32,000 bases of DNA, from the NCBI GenBank assembly GCA_003559395.1, contig PWLL01000051.1, forward strand, positions 15,019-47,018, given 5' to 3'. Below are positions 1 through 7,689 of this stretch, one piece after another; the stretch's first letter is position 1, and every line of letters begins with the position of its first letter. Position numbers and translations under genes: made by a program. The notes beneath the pieces are model-generated. The model saw only the letters and a program-made list of their open reading frames with translations. It had not been told where the DNA came from and made no database searches. Origin of the DNA: Candidatus Iainarchaeum sp. Its GTDB lineage: Archaea > Iainarchaeota > Iainarchaeia > Iainarchaeales > CSSED10-239.

Positions 1-432
1 AATAACATCCCTTTTCTAATATTGTCTTCAGGAATAGGAGATTTTATTGAACAAATTCTTAAAAATAAAGAATGTCTTTTAAATAATATTTTTATCATTT
101 CTAATTTTTATGATTATGATGAAAATGGTTTGGTTAAAGGATATAAAGAAAATGTTATTCATTTATTAAATAAAAATGAATATGGTGTCAAAGAAACAAA
201 ATATTACGAAAAAGTAAAAAATAAAAAAAATATTTTGCTTTTTGGAGACTCTTTAAGTGATGTCAATATGTCTGATGGTTTTGATTATAAAGAGATTATT
301 ACGGTTGGTTTTTTAAACGAAAATAAAGAAAAATTGTTAGATATCTATTTAGATAATTTTGATATTGTTATAACTAATGACGGCTCATTTGAACAAGTAT
401 ATAAACTTTTAAAAGAAATTGTTGGTTATTAA
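1..432 (+). CDS. Pyrimidine 5'-nucleotidase-like HAD hydrolase (UMPH-1 / NT5C3 family), C-terminal part; 5' end lies outside the window
   Basis: The frame is open from nt 1 (NNIPFLILSSGIGDFIEQIL...), so the real start is upstream of the track's Met at 22. Collinear with my recollection of the C-terminal half of eukaryotic cytosolic 5'-nucleotidase 3: FSAGIGD, SNF.D.DENG.VKG.K...IH..NK, LFGDS..D..M.DG, FD.V...D.S. Confidence 0.7.
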   Translation, partial: NNIPFLILSSGIGDFIEQILKNKECLLNNIFIISNFYDYDENGLVKGYKENVIHLLNKNEYGVKETKYYEKVKNKKNILLFGDSLSDVNMSDGFDYKEIITVGFLNENKEKLLDIYLDNFDIVITNDGSFEQVYKLLKEIVGY

Positions 433-547
433 GTTTTTAATTTTATAAAAAATTAATTAAAAATTTAAAAAAATAAGAAAAAAAGATTTTTTGTAAATAA
501 AAAACCTTTAATAAAAAATCTAAATTATACTATTAAAAGAAATAAGT

Positions 548-706
548 TTAATATTTTCTTTTCTTTGCATAACAGTCTCTACAAAAAACAGGCTTGCCTT
601 CGATTGGTTTGAAAGGAACTTCACATTCTTTTCCACACTCTGAGCAAGTAGCCTTATGCATTTCACGAGGCCCATAATTTCTATTGCCTCTATTAAAGTC
701 GCTCAC
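548..706 (-). CDS. Small zinc-ribbon protein (52 aa) with an exact CxxC-x17-CxxC motif; absent from the supplied ORF track
   Basis: Hand translation of the minus strand: VSDFNRGNRNYGPREMHKATCSECGKECEVPFKPIEGKPVFCRDCYAKKRKY*. GTG start at 706 lies 9 nt after GGAGG (rc of 716-720). Stop is TAA (rc of 548-550). Spacing between the Cys pairs is exactly 17 residues. Confidence 0.7.
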   Translation of the reverse strand: MSDFNRGNRNYGPREMHKATCSECGKECEVPFKPIEGKPVFCRDCYAKKRKY

Positions 707-922
707 TTTATCTTTCCTCCATACAATGTATTTGTTTTATACAAAAACAAAGTATATTCTTTTTATATAATATACTAATATAATTAAGGTTAGATGACTT
801 TATAAATGCATCTTTTTTTGTAAATTTTTGTTATTTGGGTGTAAACCTAAATATAACCATAGTTATAAATATATTTTGAATATTAATATATATATAAAAG
901 AAAGTTAAAGGAGGAAAAAAAG

Positions 923-1246
923 ATGAAAACCATAAATTATGTGTTAATAGGCGTACTAGTTATTTTTGTAGTAATGATTTTTGCATTACAACCAAAATAT
1001 GAAGAAACAATTCCTGAAGACGCAGAATTAATGTTTTGTGAAGTAGATGCAGATTGTGTGCCTTTTCCTGCAGAATGTCATACAAAAACGTGTATAAATC
1101 AAGAATATGCACACTTATATGAAGAACCAGAGGCTTGTACTATGATATTTGATTCAGAAGCAGCATATACTCCTGAATGTTGTGTATGTATAAATAATGT
1201 TTGTCTAAATCAAAATCTTGGTCGAGATATAGAAGATATAGAATAA
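923..1246 (+). CDS. Membrane-anchored or secreted cysteine-rich small protein (hypothetical)
   Basis: AAGGAGG sits 8 nt upstream of the ATG. N-terminal hydrophobic helix (INYVLIGVLVIFVVMIFAL), then an acidic ~80-aa domain with 9 Cys (CEVDADC, CHTKTC, ECCVCINNVC). No family recognised. Confidence 0.6.
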   Translation: MKTINYVLIGVLVIFVVMIFALQPKYEETIPEDAELMFCEVDADCVPFPAECHTKTCINQEYAHLYEEPEACTMIFDSEAAYTPECCVCINNVCLNQNLGRDIEDIE

Positions 1247-1270
1247 CCATTGGTTATTCTTTCTTTTTTC
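1241..1270 (+). terminator. Hairpin plus T-tract overlapping the stop codon of the 923-1246 gene
   Basis: GAATAACCA-T-TGGTTATTC inverted repeat (1241-1259), followed directly by TTTCTTTTTTC. Confidence 0.4.
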
Positions 1271-1347
1271 TTAAAAATATGATTTTTTAAAATAAATTAT
1301 ATTTATAAAGTGTTTTTAACATAATATATATATAATATTCTTTTTTT

Positions 1348-1429
1348 GCTGGAGTTCCCGAGCGGTCAAAGGGGCCAGACTCAAGATCTGGTGCTTAGTG
1401 CTTCACAGGTTCGAATCCTGTCTCCAGCA
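1348..1429 (+). tRNA. tRNA-Leu (anticodon CAA), class II with a long variable arm
   Basis: Acceptor GCTGGAG/CTCCAGC. Anticodon stem CCAGA/TCTGG with loop CT-CAA-GA. Long variable arm GCTTAGTGCTTCAC. T arm ACAGG-TTCGAAT-CCTGT. GC-rich island in AT-rich sequence. No encoded CCA. Confidence 0.9.
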
Positions 1430-1454
1430 TTTATAAAAAAAAGAGATTAAATTA

Positions 1455-2012
1455 ATGAAAAACAAATTTAAGAAAAAAACCTTTATTTTTTGGTTATTGT
1501 TAGTAATTGTTGTAGGTCTACTATTTTTAATAAAAAGAGATTTGTTTAATCTTGGTTTTTTAAATGTTTTTCTTGCAGAGTATAAACTTCTTGCAGTTAT
1601 TATATATATTTTTATACTTGCATTAACTGGACTTTTTTTAACACCATCTACTCCTTTTACAATAGCTTCTCTTTTATTTTTTTCTCCCTTTGAAGCTTTT
1701 GTTTATAATCTTATAGGAATTGTTTTTTCTTTAACCATTGCATATTATTTTTTACAATTTCTTGGATTTGATAAATTTTTAAAAAACAAATATCCAAAAA
1801 AGATACCATATATAAAAGAAAGACTTAAAAAAAAAGAATTTCCAATAATTGTTGTTTGGAGTTTTACTCCTTTTTTTCCTACAGATCTTATAATTTATGC
1901 ATCTAGTTCTTTAAGAATTTCTTATATTAAATGTTTGTTTGGTGTGTTGATTGGCGAAGGTGCCTTAAATGCAATTTATCTTTTCTCTTTAGGTGCTTTG
2001 TTTGTGCTTTGA
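1455..2012 (+). CDS. Polytopic membrane protein, TVP38/TMEM64 (DedA-like VTT domain) family candidate
   Basis: 5-6 hydrophobic helices. Basic N-terminus and a basic cytoplasmic loop (KNKYPKKIPYIKERLKKKE). The FTPFFPTDLIIYASS region resembles the VTT-domain re-entrant loop. Family call is from memory only. Confidence 0.5.
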   Translation: MKNKFKKKTFIFWLLLVIVVGLLFLIKRDLFNLGFLNVFLAEYKLLAVIIYIFILALTGLFLTPSTPFTIASLLFFSPFEAFVYNLIGIVFSLTIAYYFLQFLGFDKFLKNKYPKKIPYIKERLKKKEFPIIVVWSFTPFFPTDLIIYASSSLRISYIKCLFGVLIGEGALNAIYLFSLGALFVL

Positions 2013-2020
2013 TTTTGTTT

Positions 2021-2080
2021 AGTTTCTTTTTTTTGTAACCTTTAAAAAACATGACAAAAAGAGTTTCTTTTTTTTGTAAC
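2021..2080 (+). repeat. Two perfect 19-nt direct repeats AGTTTCTTTTTTTTGTAAC (2021-2039 and 2062-2080), 41 nt start to start
   Basis: Read directly from the sequence. They lie between the stop at 2012 and the start of the wHTH gene at 2100/2136. Confidence 0.8.
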
Positions 2081-2099
2081 TCTAGATTTCACAAAAAAT

Positions 2100-2594
2100 A
2101 TGTTTAAAAACATTTTGTTTGTTATATATTTTATTATGGATAAAAAATTAGTGCTATTGATATCTTTTATTTCATTTGTTTGTTTGATGATTTTATTTAA
2201 TTTGTTAATATATGACCAATTATCAGGAAATGCTTGTACATGTCCAAAAGTTGTTTCTCAAAACATGGTCCTTTTTTTTATAACTTTATCAATAATTTTT
2301 ACTGCTTCTTTATTTTATTATCTTTATTCTATATCATTAAGTAAAAAAGAAAAAATAATAGTTCATAATCAAAAAACAATTTTCTCTGTATTAAATGAAG
2401 ATGAAAAAAAAATATTAAAAGAAATAATAAAAAATAACAACGTAATAGAACAAAAAAAACTATCCAAAAAATTTGGCAAAATAAAAACACACAGAATTAT
2501 TAAAAAACTCAAAGAAAAAAACATCGTTGTTATAGAAAAAAAAGGACAGGAAAATATTATTAAACTAATAGAAGGATTTAAGGTGAAAATATGA
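2100..2594 (+). CDS. Membrane-anchored winged-helix (MarR/ArsR-like) transcription regulator with a CxC motif between two TM helices
   Basis: Two TM helices (LVLLISFISFVCLMILFNLLIY; MVLFFITLSIIFTASLFYYLY) flank SGNACTCPK. The C-terminal LNEDEKKILKEIIKNNNVIEQKKLSKKFGKIKTHRIIKKLKEKNIVVIEKKG is wHTH-like. Alternative start ATG at 2136. The stop overlaps the next start (ATATGA). Confidence 0.6.
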   Translation: MFKNILFVIYFIMDKKLVLLISFISFVCLMILFNLLIYDQLSGNACTCPKVVSQNMVLFFITLSIIFTASLFYYLYSISLSKKEKIIVHNQKTIFSVLNEDEKKILKEIIKNNNVIEQKKLSKKFGKIKTHRIIKKLKEKNIVVIEKKGQENIIKLIEGFKVKI

Positions 2595-3772
2595 ATAAAA
2601 AATATCTAATAGTTTTAGTTTTGTGTTTTTTATCTTTATTTATGTTAAGTAACATAACAAACATAAATGCACAAACAACCATAGACCAATCAAAAGAACA
2701 AGTAGAAATAAATTATTTTTATTCGCCTGGTTGTTCAGCATGTGCTCAAATGGAACTTTTTCTTGATAATTTAAAAGAAAAATATGACGATGTAATTTTG
2801 AATAAATATAATCTGCAAAGAGAAAGAAAATTATTTGAAGATTTAATAAAAGAATATAAGGTTCCAGAAGATAGAGTGGGTTATATACCAACAGTATTTA
2901 TAGAAGAAGATTATTTTGTAGGATATGAAAGACAAATAACTAATTATATAGAATATATTGTTGCAACAAAATTAGGAATAGATTTTGATCCAGAAGGACC
3001 TCAAAAACCAGAAGATTTTGAAGAACTAGAAAAAACAAGAGTACAAACAAGTATCTTAGGGATTTGGGACGTAGATGTTGGATTTGAAGATAAATCAATC
3101 TTTTTTGCAACTATTATCTTAGGATTTTTAGATAGTCTGAATGTTTGTTCAATAACTGTTTTATTATTTTTAATAATATATATGTTGTCGATAGGTTCCT
3201 TTAAAAAAACACTTAAAATAGGACTTGTCTTTGTTGCAGTCATCTATATTTTTTACTTTTTAGCTGTTCTTATGCTAACTTCATTATTAAGTATTTTTGT
3301 TTTAAGATATGGATTAATGATTAGAATAATATTATCCATAATTGCAGGACTTGTAGGATTGATACTAATTAAAGACTTTTTCTTTTATGGAAAAGGAATA
3401 TCACTAGAGATACCAAAGTTTGCAAAACCAATTTTAGAAAAATATCTTAAAAAAGCAACAATTGTTTCTACAATAATGTTTGCACTATTAGCATCTTTAG
3501 TAGAACTGCCCTGTACAGCAATATTTCCTTTAATTTTTTCAACTATACTTGCAGAATCAGGAATTGTTGGAGTTTCAAGATTATTGTGGATTGCTCTATA
3601 TAACCTAGTGTATGTTATACCATTACTTGTAATTATTTTTGGAGTTTATTTTTCATGGTTAAAAATAGAACACCTAAACAAAAATATAAACAAATACAAA
3701 AAATGGATGAAATTAATTGCAGGAGCAATGCTTATATTAATTGCATTATATTTTATAATACCTATTATATAA
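2591..3772 (+). CDS. Exported thioredoxin-fold domain fused to a six-TM CcdA/DsbD-type thiol:disulfide transporter core
   Basis: SD AAGGTG. Signal peptide ends in NINAQ. Trx-like FYSPGCSACAQME (CxxC). Six TM helices with single Cys residues in TM1 (LDSLNVCSITV) and TM4 (VELPCTAIFP), the CcdA/DsbD-core arrangement. Confidence 0.75.
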   Translation: MNKKYLIVLVLCFLSLFMLSNITNINAQTTIDQSKEQVEINYFYSPGCSACAQMELFLDNLKEKYDDVILNKYNLQRERKLFEDLIKEYKVPEDRVGYIPTVFIEEDYFVGYERQITNYIEYIVATKLGIDFDPEGPQKPEDFEELEKTRVQTSILGIWDVDVGFEDKSIFFATIILGFLDSLNVCSITVLLFLIIYMLSIGSFKKTLKIGLVFVAVIYIFYFLAVLMLTSLLSIFVLRYGLMIRIILSIIAGLVGLILIKDFFFYGKGISLEIPKFAKPILEKYLKKATIVSTIMFALLASLVELPCTAIFPLIFSTILAESGIVGVSRLLWIALYNLVYVIPLLVIIFGVYFSWLKIEHLNKNINKYKKWMKLIAGAMLILIALYFIIPII

Positions 3773-3794
3773 TGTATTATTTAAGGTGTGACCT

Positions 3795-4526
3795 ATGGGA
3801 CTAATAAAATCAATAAAAAATCTTGGAAAAAATACTCTGTATTATCCAGGATGTTTAACAAAGTTTGTTTTAAAAGACATTAACGATAACTATAAAAAAA
3901 TACTAACAAAGATAGATATAGAATACATTACACTTAAAGACCTAGAAGTCTGTTGCGGAAGTCCAATACTAAACTGTGGACACGAAGAAGAAGCAATTGA
4001 ACTTATTAAAAAAAACTATAAGATTTTTAAAGAACACAGTGTAAATAAAATTATCACCTCTTGTCCAGCATGCTATCATACTTTCAAAAATACATATCCT
4101 AAATTTTTAGAAAAATGGGATCTACAAGTAGAACATATTACTCAAACTATCGATAAAGCAATAAAAGAAAAAAAAATAAATATAGAATCACTAGACATAG
4201 ATCTTACATATCATGACCCATGTCATCTAGGAAGATACTGTGAAATATATCAGGAACCTAGAAATATTCTTAAAAAAATAGGAAATATAAAAGAAATGAA
4301 ACTTACAGAAAACTATTCTTTTTGTTGTGGAGGAGGATCAGGAGTAAAATCAAACTATACACCACTTGCAAACTCAATAGCCAAAGAAAGAATAGAAATG
4401 GCAAAAGAAACAAAAGCAAAATGTTTAACAACAACCTGCCCTATGTGCTATCTAAACTTAAAAGAAAACTCAAAAGATCTAAAAGTAAAAGAAATAAGTC
4501 AACTTATAATAGGTGAAGAAGAATGA
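3795..4526 (+). CDS. lutA: (Fe-S)-binding protein with two CCG cysteine-rich domains (LutA / HdrB / GlpC-like)
   Basis: CCG domain 1: YYPGC...VCCGSP...SCPACYH. CCG domain 2: YHDPCHLGR...FCCGGGSG...TTCPMCY. SD AAGGTG. Size (~243 aa) fits LutA/YkgE-type proteins. The symbol is tentative. Confidence 0.75.
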   Translation: MGLIKSIKNLGKNTLYYPGCLTKFVLKDINDNYKKILTKIDIEYITLKDLEVCCGSPILNCGHEEEAIELIKKNYKIFKEHSVNKIITSCPACYHTFKNTYPKFLEKWDLQVEHITQTIDKAIKEKKINIESLDIDLTYHDPCHLGRYCEIYQEPRNILKKIGNIKEMKLTENYSFCCGGGSGVKSNYTPLANSIAKERIEMAKETKAKCLTTTCPMCYLNLKENSKDLKVKEISQLIIGEEE

Positions 4527-5788
4527 ACTTAGAAAAAGATATTGAAAAATGTCAAATAACTCAAAAATTGATTTTGCCTATAATGTACGACTATAAAAGA
4601 AAAAGAGATCTACTTATAGATGAAAATCAAAAAGAACAAATGAGAACTGAATTGCGAAAAATAAAAGAAAAAGCAATTGATAATATAGAAGAACTTAAAA
4701 AAAAAGCAATAAAAAACTTAGAAGAAAACGGAATAAACGTTATTGAAGTAAAAGATAAACAAGAATTTGAAAATGCAATTAAAAAAATAATTGGTTCTGA
4801 AAAATTAATTACTAAATCAAAATCAAATGTTATAAAAGAAATAGAAATAGAAAAAATGTTAAAAGATAAAGAAATATTAGAAACAGACCTTGGAGATTTT
4901 ATTGTTCAAATAAGTGATGAAAAAAGTTTGCATCCTGTGACTCCAGGAATGCATCTTACACCAGAAAACATTGTAAAAACTATTAAAGAAAAATTTGATA
5001 AAGAAGTTCAACCAACACCAGAAGCAATCGCAGCCTTTGCAAGACAATTTTTAAGAGATAAAATATATAAAGCCAAAGTTGGGTTGACAGGCGCAAACGT
5101 CATTTCTGCTGATGGAAGTATTTTTATTTTAGAAAATGAAGGTAATATTTCTTTAATATCTAGAATCGTTGATAAACATATAGTAGTAACCGGATGGGAT
5201 AAAATAGTAGAAAATAGAGAAGAAGCACAAAAAATTGTTCAAGCGTCAAGCATCTTTGCCTCTGGTCAAAATTATCCTGTATATGTTAGTATAATTTCAG
5301 GACCAAGTAAAACAGCAGATATTCAAAAAAAACTAATCATTGGTGCTCAAGGAGCAAAAGAAGTTCATTTAATATTATTAGATAATAAAAGAAGTGATTT
5401 ACTAAAAACGGAATTTGAAGAACTATTATATTGTATTAACTGCGGAGCTTGTGTAAATCTTTGTCCTGTATATCATCAAATATTTACCAAATATGGAAGT
5501 AAAGACTTTTCAGGACCAAAAGGAGTCATCACATCTTCATTTAGAGAAGATAAACAAAATGCCTATGAAAATGGAGCTTTCTTTTGTACATCCTGTAAAC
5601 TATGTAAAGAAAACTGTCCTGTAAAAATAGATCTATCAGAACTTATAAAAAAACTAAGAAAAAAACTAGCAAAAGAAAAAATAGAACCAGAAAATATTAA
5701 AGAAATGATAGAAAACACAAAAAAATATGGAAATCCTTTTGGAGAAATTGATGAGAAAAAAACACCTGATAAATTTTATTGTTGTTAA
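4523..5788 (+). CDS. lutB: LutB-like iron-sulfur protein (LUD domain plus 2x[4Fe-4S] ferredoxin motifs)
   Basis: The ATGA start overlaps the upstream stop. LUD-type segments: ETDLGDFIVQISDEKSLHPVTPGMH and GLTGANVISADGSIFILENEGN. Cluster motifs: CINCGACVNLCPV and CTSCKLCKENCPV. The symbol is tentative. Confidence 0.75.
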   Translation: MNLEKDIEKCQITQKLILPIMYDYKRKRDLLIDENQKEQMRTELRKIKEKAIDNIEELKKKAIKNLEENGINVIEVKDKQEFENAIKKIIGSEKLITKSKSNVIKEIEIEKMLKDKEILETDLGDFIVQISDEKSLHPVTPGMHLTPENIVKTIKEKFDKEVQPTPEAIAAFARQFLRDKIYKAKVGLTGANVISADGSIFILENEGNISLISRIVDKHIVVTGWDKIVENREEAQKIVQASSIFASGQNYPVYVSIISGPSKTADIQKKLIIGAQGAKEVHLILLDNKRSDLLKTEFEELLYCINCGACVNLCPVYHQIFTKYGSKDFSGPKGVITSSFREDKQNAYENGAFFCTSCKLCKENCPVKIDLSELIKKLRKKLAKEKIEPENIKEMIENTKKYGNPFGEIDEKKTPDKFYCC

Positions 5789-7689
5789 TTTCTTTTTTCT
5801 TCTATTTCTTTTTTAAGATCCTCTATAAAACCTAGTAACTTTTTTTCTCCTAATATTTTATTATCTCTTGTTCTTATGTTTATTGTGTTGTTTTCTTGTT
5901 CCTTATTACCAACAACTAAAATATAGTTTATTTTTCTTAACTCTGCATTTCTTATTTTTTTGTTCATTGTTTGTTGTTTAGGATCTATATCTGTTCTTAT
6001 TCCTTTTTCCTTTAAAGAAGAACAAACTTTGTTTGCATAATCAATATGTCTATCAGCAATAGGAAGAACAATAACCTGAACAGGAGCTAACCATAAAGGA
6101 AACTTTCCAGCAAAATGTTCAATCAAAACACCCATGAATCTTTCAACACTTCCTAAGATTGCACGATGTATCATAACTGGTCTTTTTTTTTCATTATTTG
6201 GCCCTTCATAAGTTAAATCAAATTTTTCAGGCATTTGAAAATCTAATTGTATAGTTCCGCACTGCCATGTTCTTTTAATAGCATCAGTCATATGAACATC
6301 TATCTTAGGACCATAAAACGCTCCGTCTCCTTCATTTATTTTATATTCTTTTTTAGTTTTATCAAGAACATTTTTTAGTTTTTTCTCAGCTAAATCCCAA
6401 AGTTGGTTATCACCCATTGCGTTTGCAGGTTTTGTAGATAACTCCATATGGTATTTAAAACCAAAAGTAGAATATATTTCATCAACAAAATCAATAAGTT
6501 TTTCAATCTCTTCTTCAATTTGTTCTTCAGTACAAAAAACATGCGCATCATCTTGTGTCATAAATCTAACTCTAAACAAACCAGATAAAACACCAGAAAG
6601 CTCATGTCTATGAACTAATCCAAACTCTCCTGCTTTTATTGGAAGATCTTTATAAGAATATTGATGTGCTTTATAGATTAAAAGATTTCCAGGACAATTC
6701 ATTGGTTTTACAGCCTGTATACAATCGTCAATCTTTGTAAAATACATGTTGTCTTTATAATGATTCCAGTGACCAGACTGATGCCAAAGTTTTTCATGTA
6801 AAATCAGAGGAGTCATATTTATTTCATAACCCTCTCTTATCATTATTTTTCTTACAAAACTAACTAACTCATTAAAAATAATCGTACCATTATTATGGAA
6901 AAAAGGCATACCTGGCGCTTCTTCATGAAAACTAAATAAATCAAGTTCTTTGCCAATTTTTCTATGATCTCTTTTTTTTGCTTCCTCTATCTTAAAAACA
7001 AAATCTTGAAGATCTTGTTTGCTTGGAAAAGACACACCGTAAATTCTTTGTAATTGTTTGTTTTTAGAATCACCCTTCCAATAAGCACCAGAAGCACGCA
7101 ATAACTTTACTGATTTTATCTTACCTGTGTCTTTTACATGTGGCCCTCTACAAATATCCTGCAGCTCACCTAACTTGTAGATTGTAACTTGTTTTTCTTC
7201 AATATCTTCAAGAAGTTCAAGTTTGTATGGTTCCTCTTTAAACATTTCTTTTGCTTTATCATAATCAACAACTAATTTTTCAAAAACAAGTTTCTCTTTA
7301 ATAATTTTTTTAATCTCTTTTTCTATTTTTAATAAATCTTCTTCAGTAAAAGGATCTTTATCAAAATCATAATAAAACCCACTATCAATAGCAGGACCAA
7401 AACCAATCTTAACTATAGGAAACAATCTTTTTACAGCTAAAGCTAAGATGTGAGAAGAGCTATGCCAATAAACTTCTTTTCCTTTATCGTGATTAAAAGA
7501 AATGACCTCTATTGTTGAATCTTTATCAACAGTTGTTTTAATATCAGAAAGAATATTATTTATTTTTACAACAACAGCATCTTTTAGTAAACTGTTATCT
7601 ACTTCATTTATAATATCTTGTGCAGATAAGTTTTCTTTAACACTTATTTTTTTTTCTTCTTTGTTGTTTATTATTTTTATGTTTATCAT
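5785..7689 (-). CDS. thrS: Threonyl-tRNA synthetase, bacterial/eukaryotic-type architecture (TGS + HxxxH/CxxxH editing domain + class II core + anticodon-binding domain)
   Basis: HSSSHILALAV and CRGPHV editing motifs. Class II core: VHRHELSGVLSGLFRVRFMTQDDAHVF and HRAILGSVERF. 634 aa. SD-like GTGAT lies upstream of the ATG at 7689. Confidence 0.95.
   Translation of the reverse strand: MINIKIINNKEEKKISVKENLSAQDIINEVDNSLLKDAVVVKINNILSDIKTTVDKDSTIEVISFNHDKGKEVYWHSSSHILALAVKRLFPIVKIGFGPAIDSGFYYDFDKDPFTEEDLLKIEKEIKKIIKEKLVFEKLVVDYDKAKEMFKEEPYKLELLEDIEEKQVTIYKLGELQDICRGPHVKDTGKIKSVKLLRASGAYWKGDSKNKQLQRIYGVSFPSKQDLQDFVFKIEEAKKRDHRKIGKELDLFSFHEEAPGMPFFHNNGTIIFNELVSFVRKIMIREGYEINMTPLILHEKLWHQSGHWNHYKDNMYFTKIDDCIQAVKPMNCPGNLLIYKAHQYSYKDLPIKAGEFGLVHRHELSGVLSGLFRVRFMTQDDAHVFCTEEQIEEEIEKLIDFVDEIYSTFGFKYHMELSTKPANAMGDNQLWDLAEKKLKNVLDKTKKEYKINEGDGAFYGPKIDVHMTDAIKRTWQCGTIQLDFQMPEKFDLTYEGPNNEKKRPVMIHRAILGSVERFMGVLIEHFAGKFPLWLAPVQVIVLPIADRHIDYANKVCSSLKEKGIRTDIDPKQQTMNKKIRNAELRKINYILVVGNKEQENNTINIRTRDNKILGEKKLLGFIEDLKKEIEEKRN

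Noticed and set aside
2640-4516. ORFs 2640-2891(-), 3001-3243(-) and 4322-4516(+)
   Set aside because: They are nested in or antisense to the well-supported Trx-CcdA and LutA-like genes. They have no RBS and implausible compositions.
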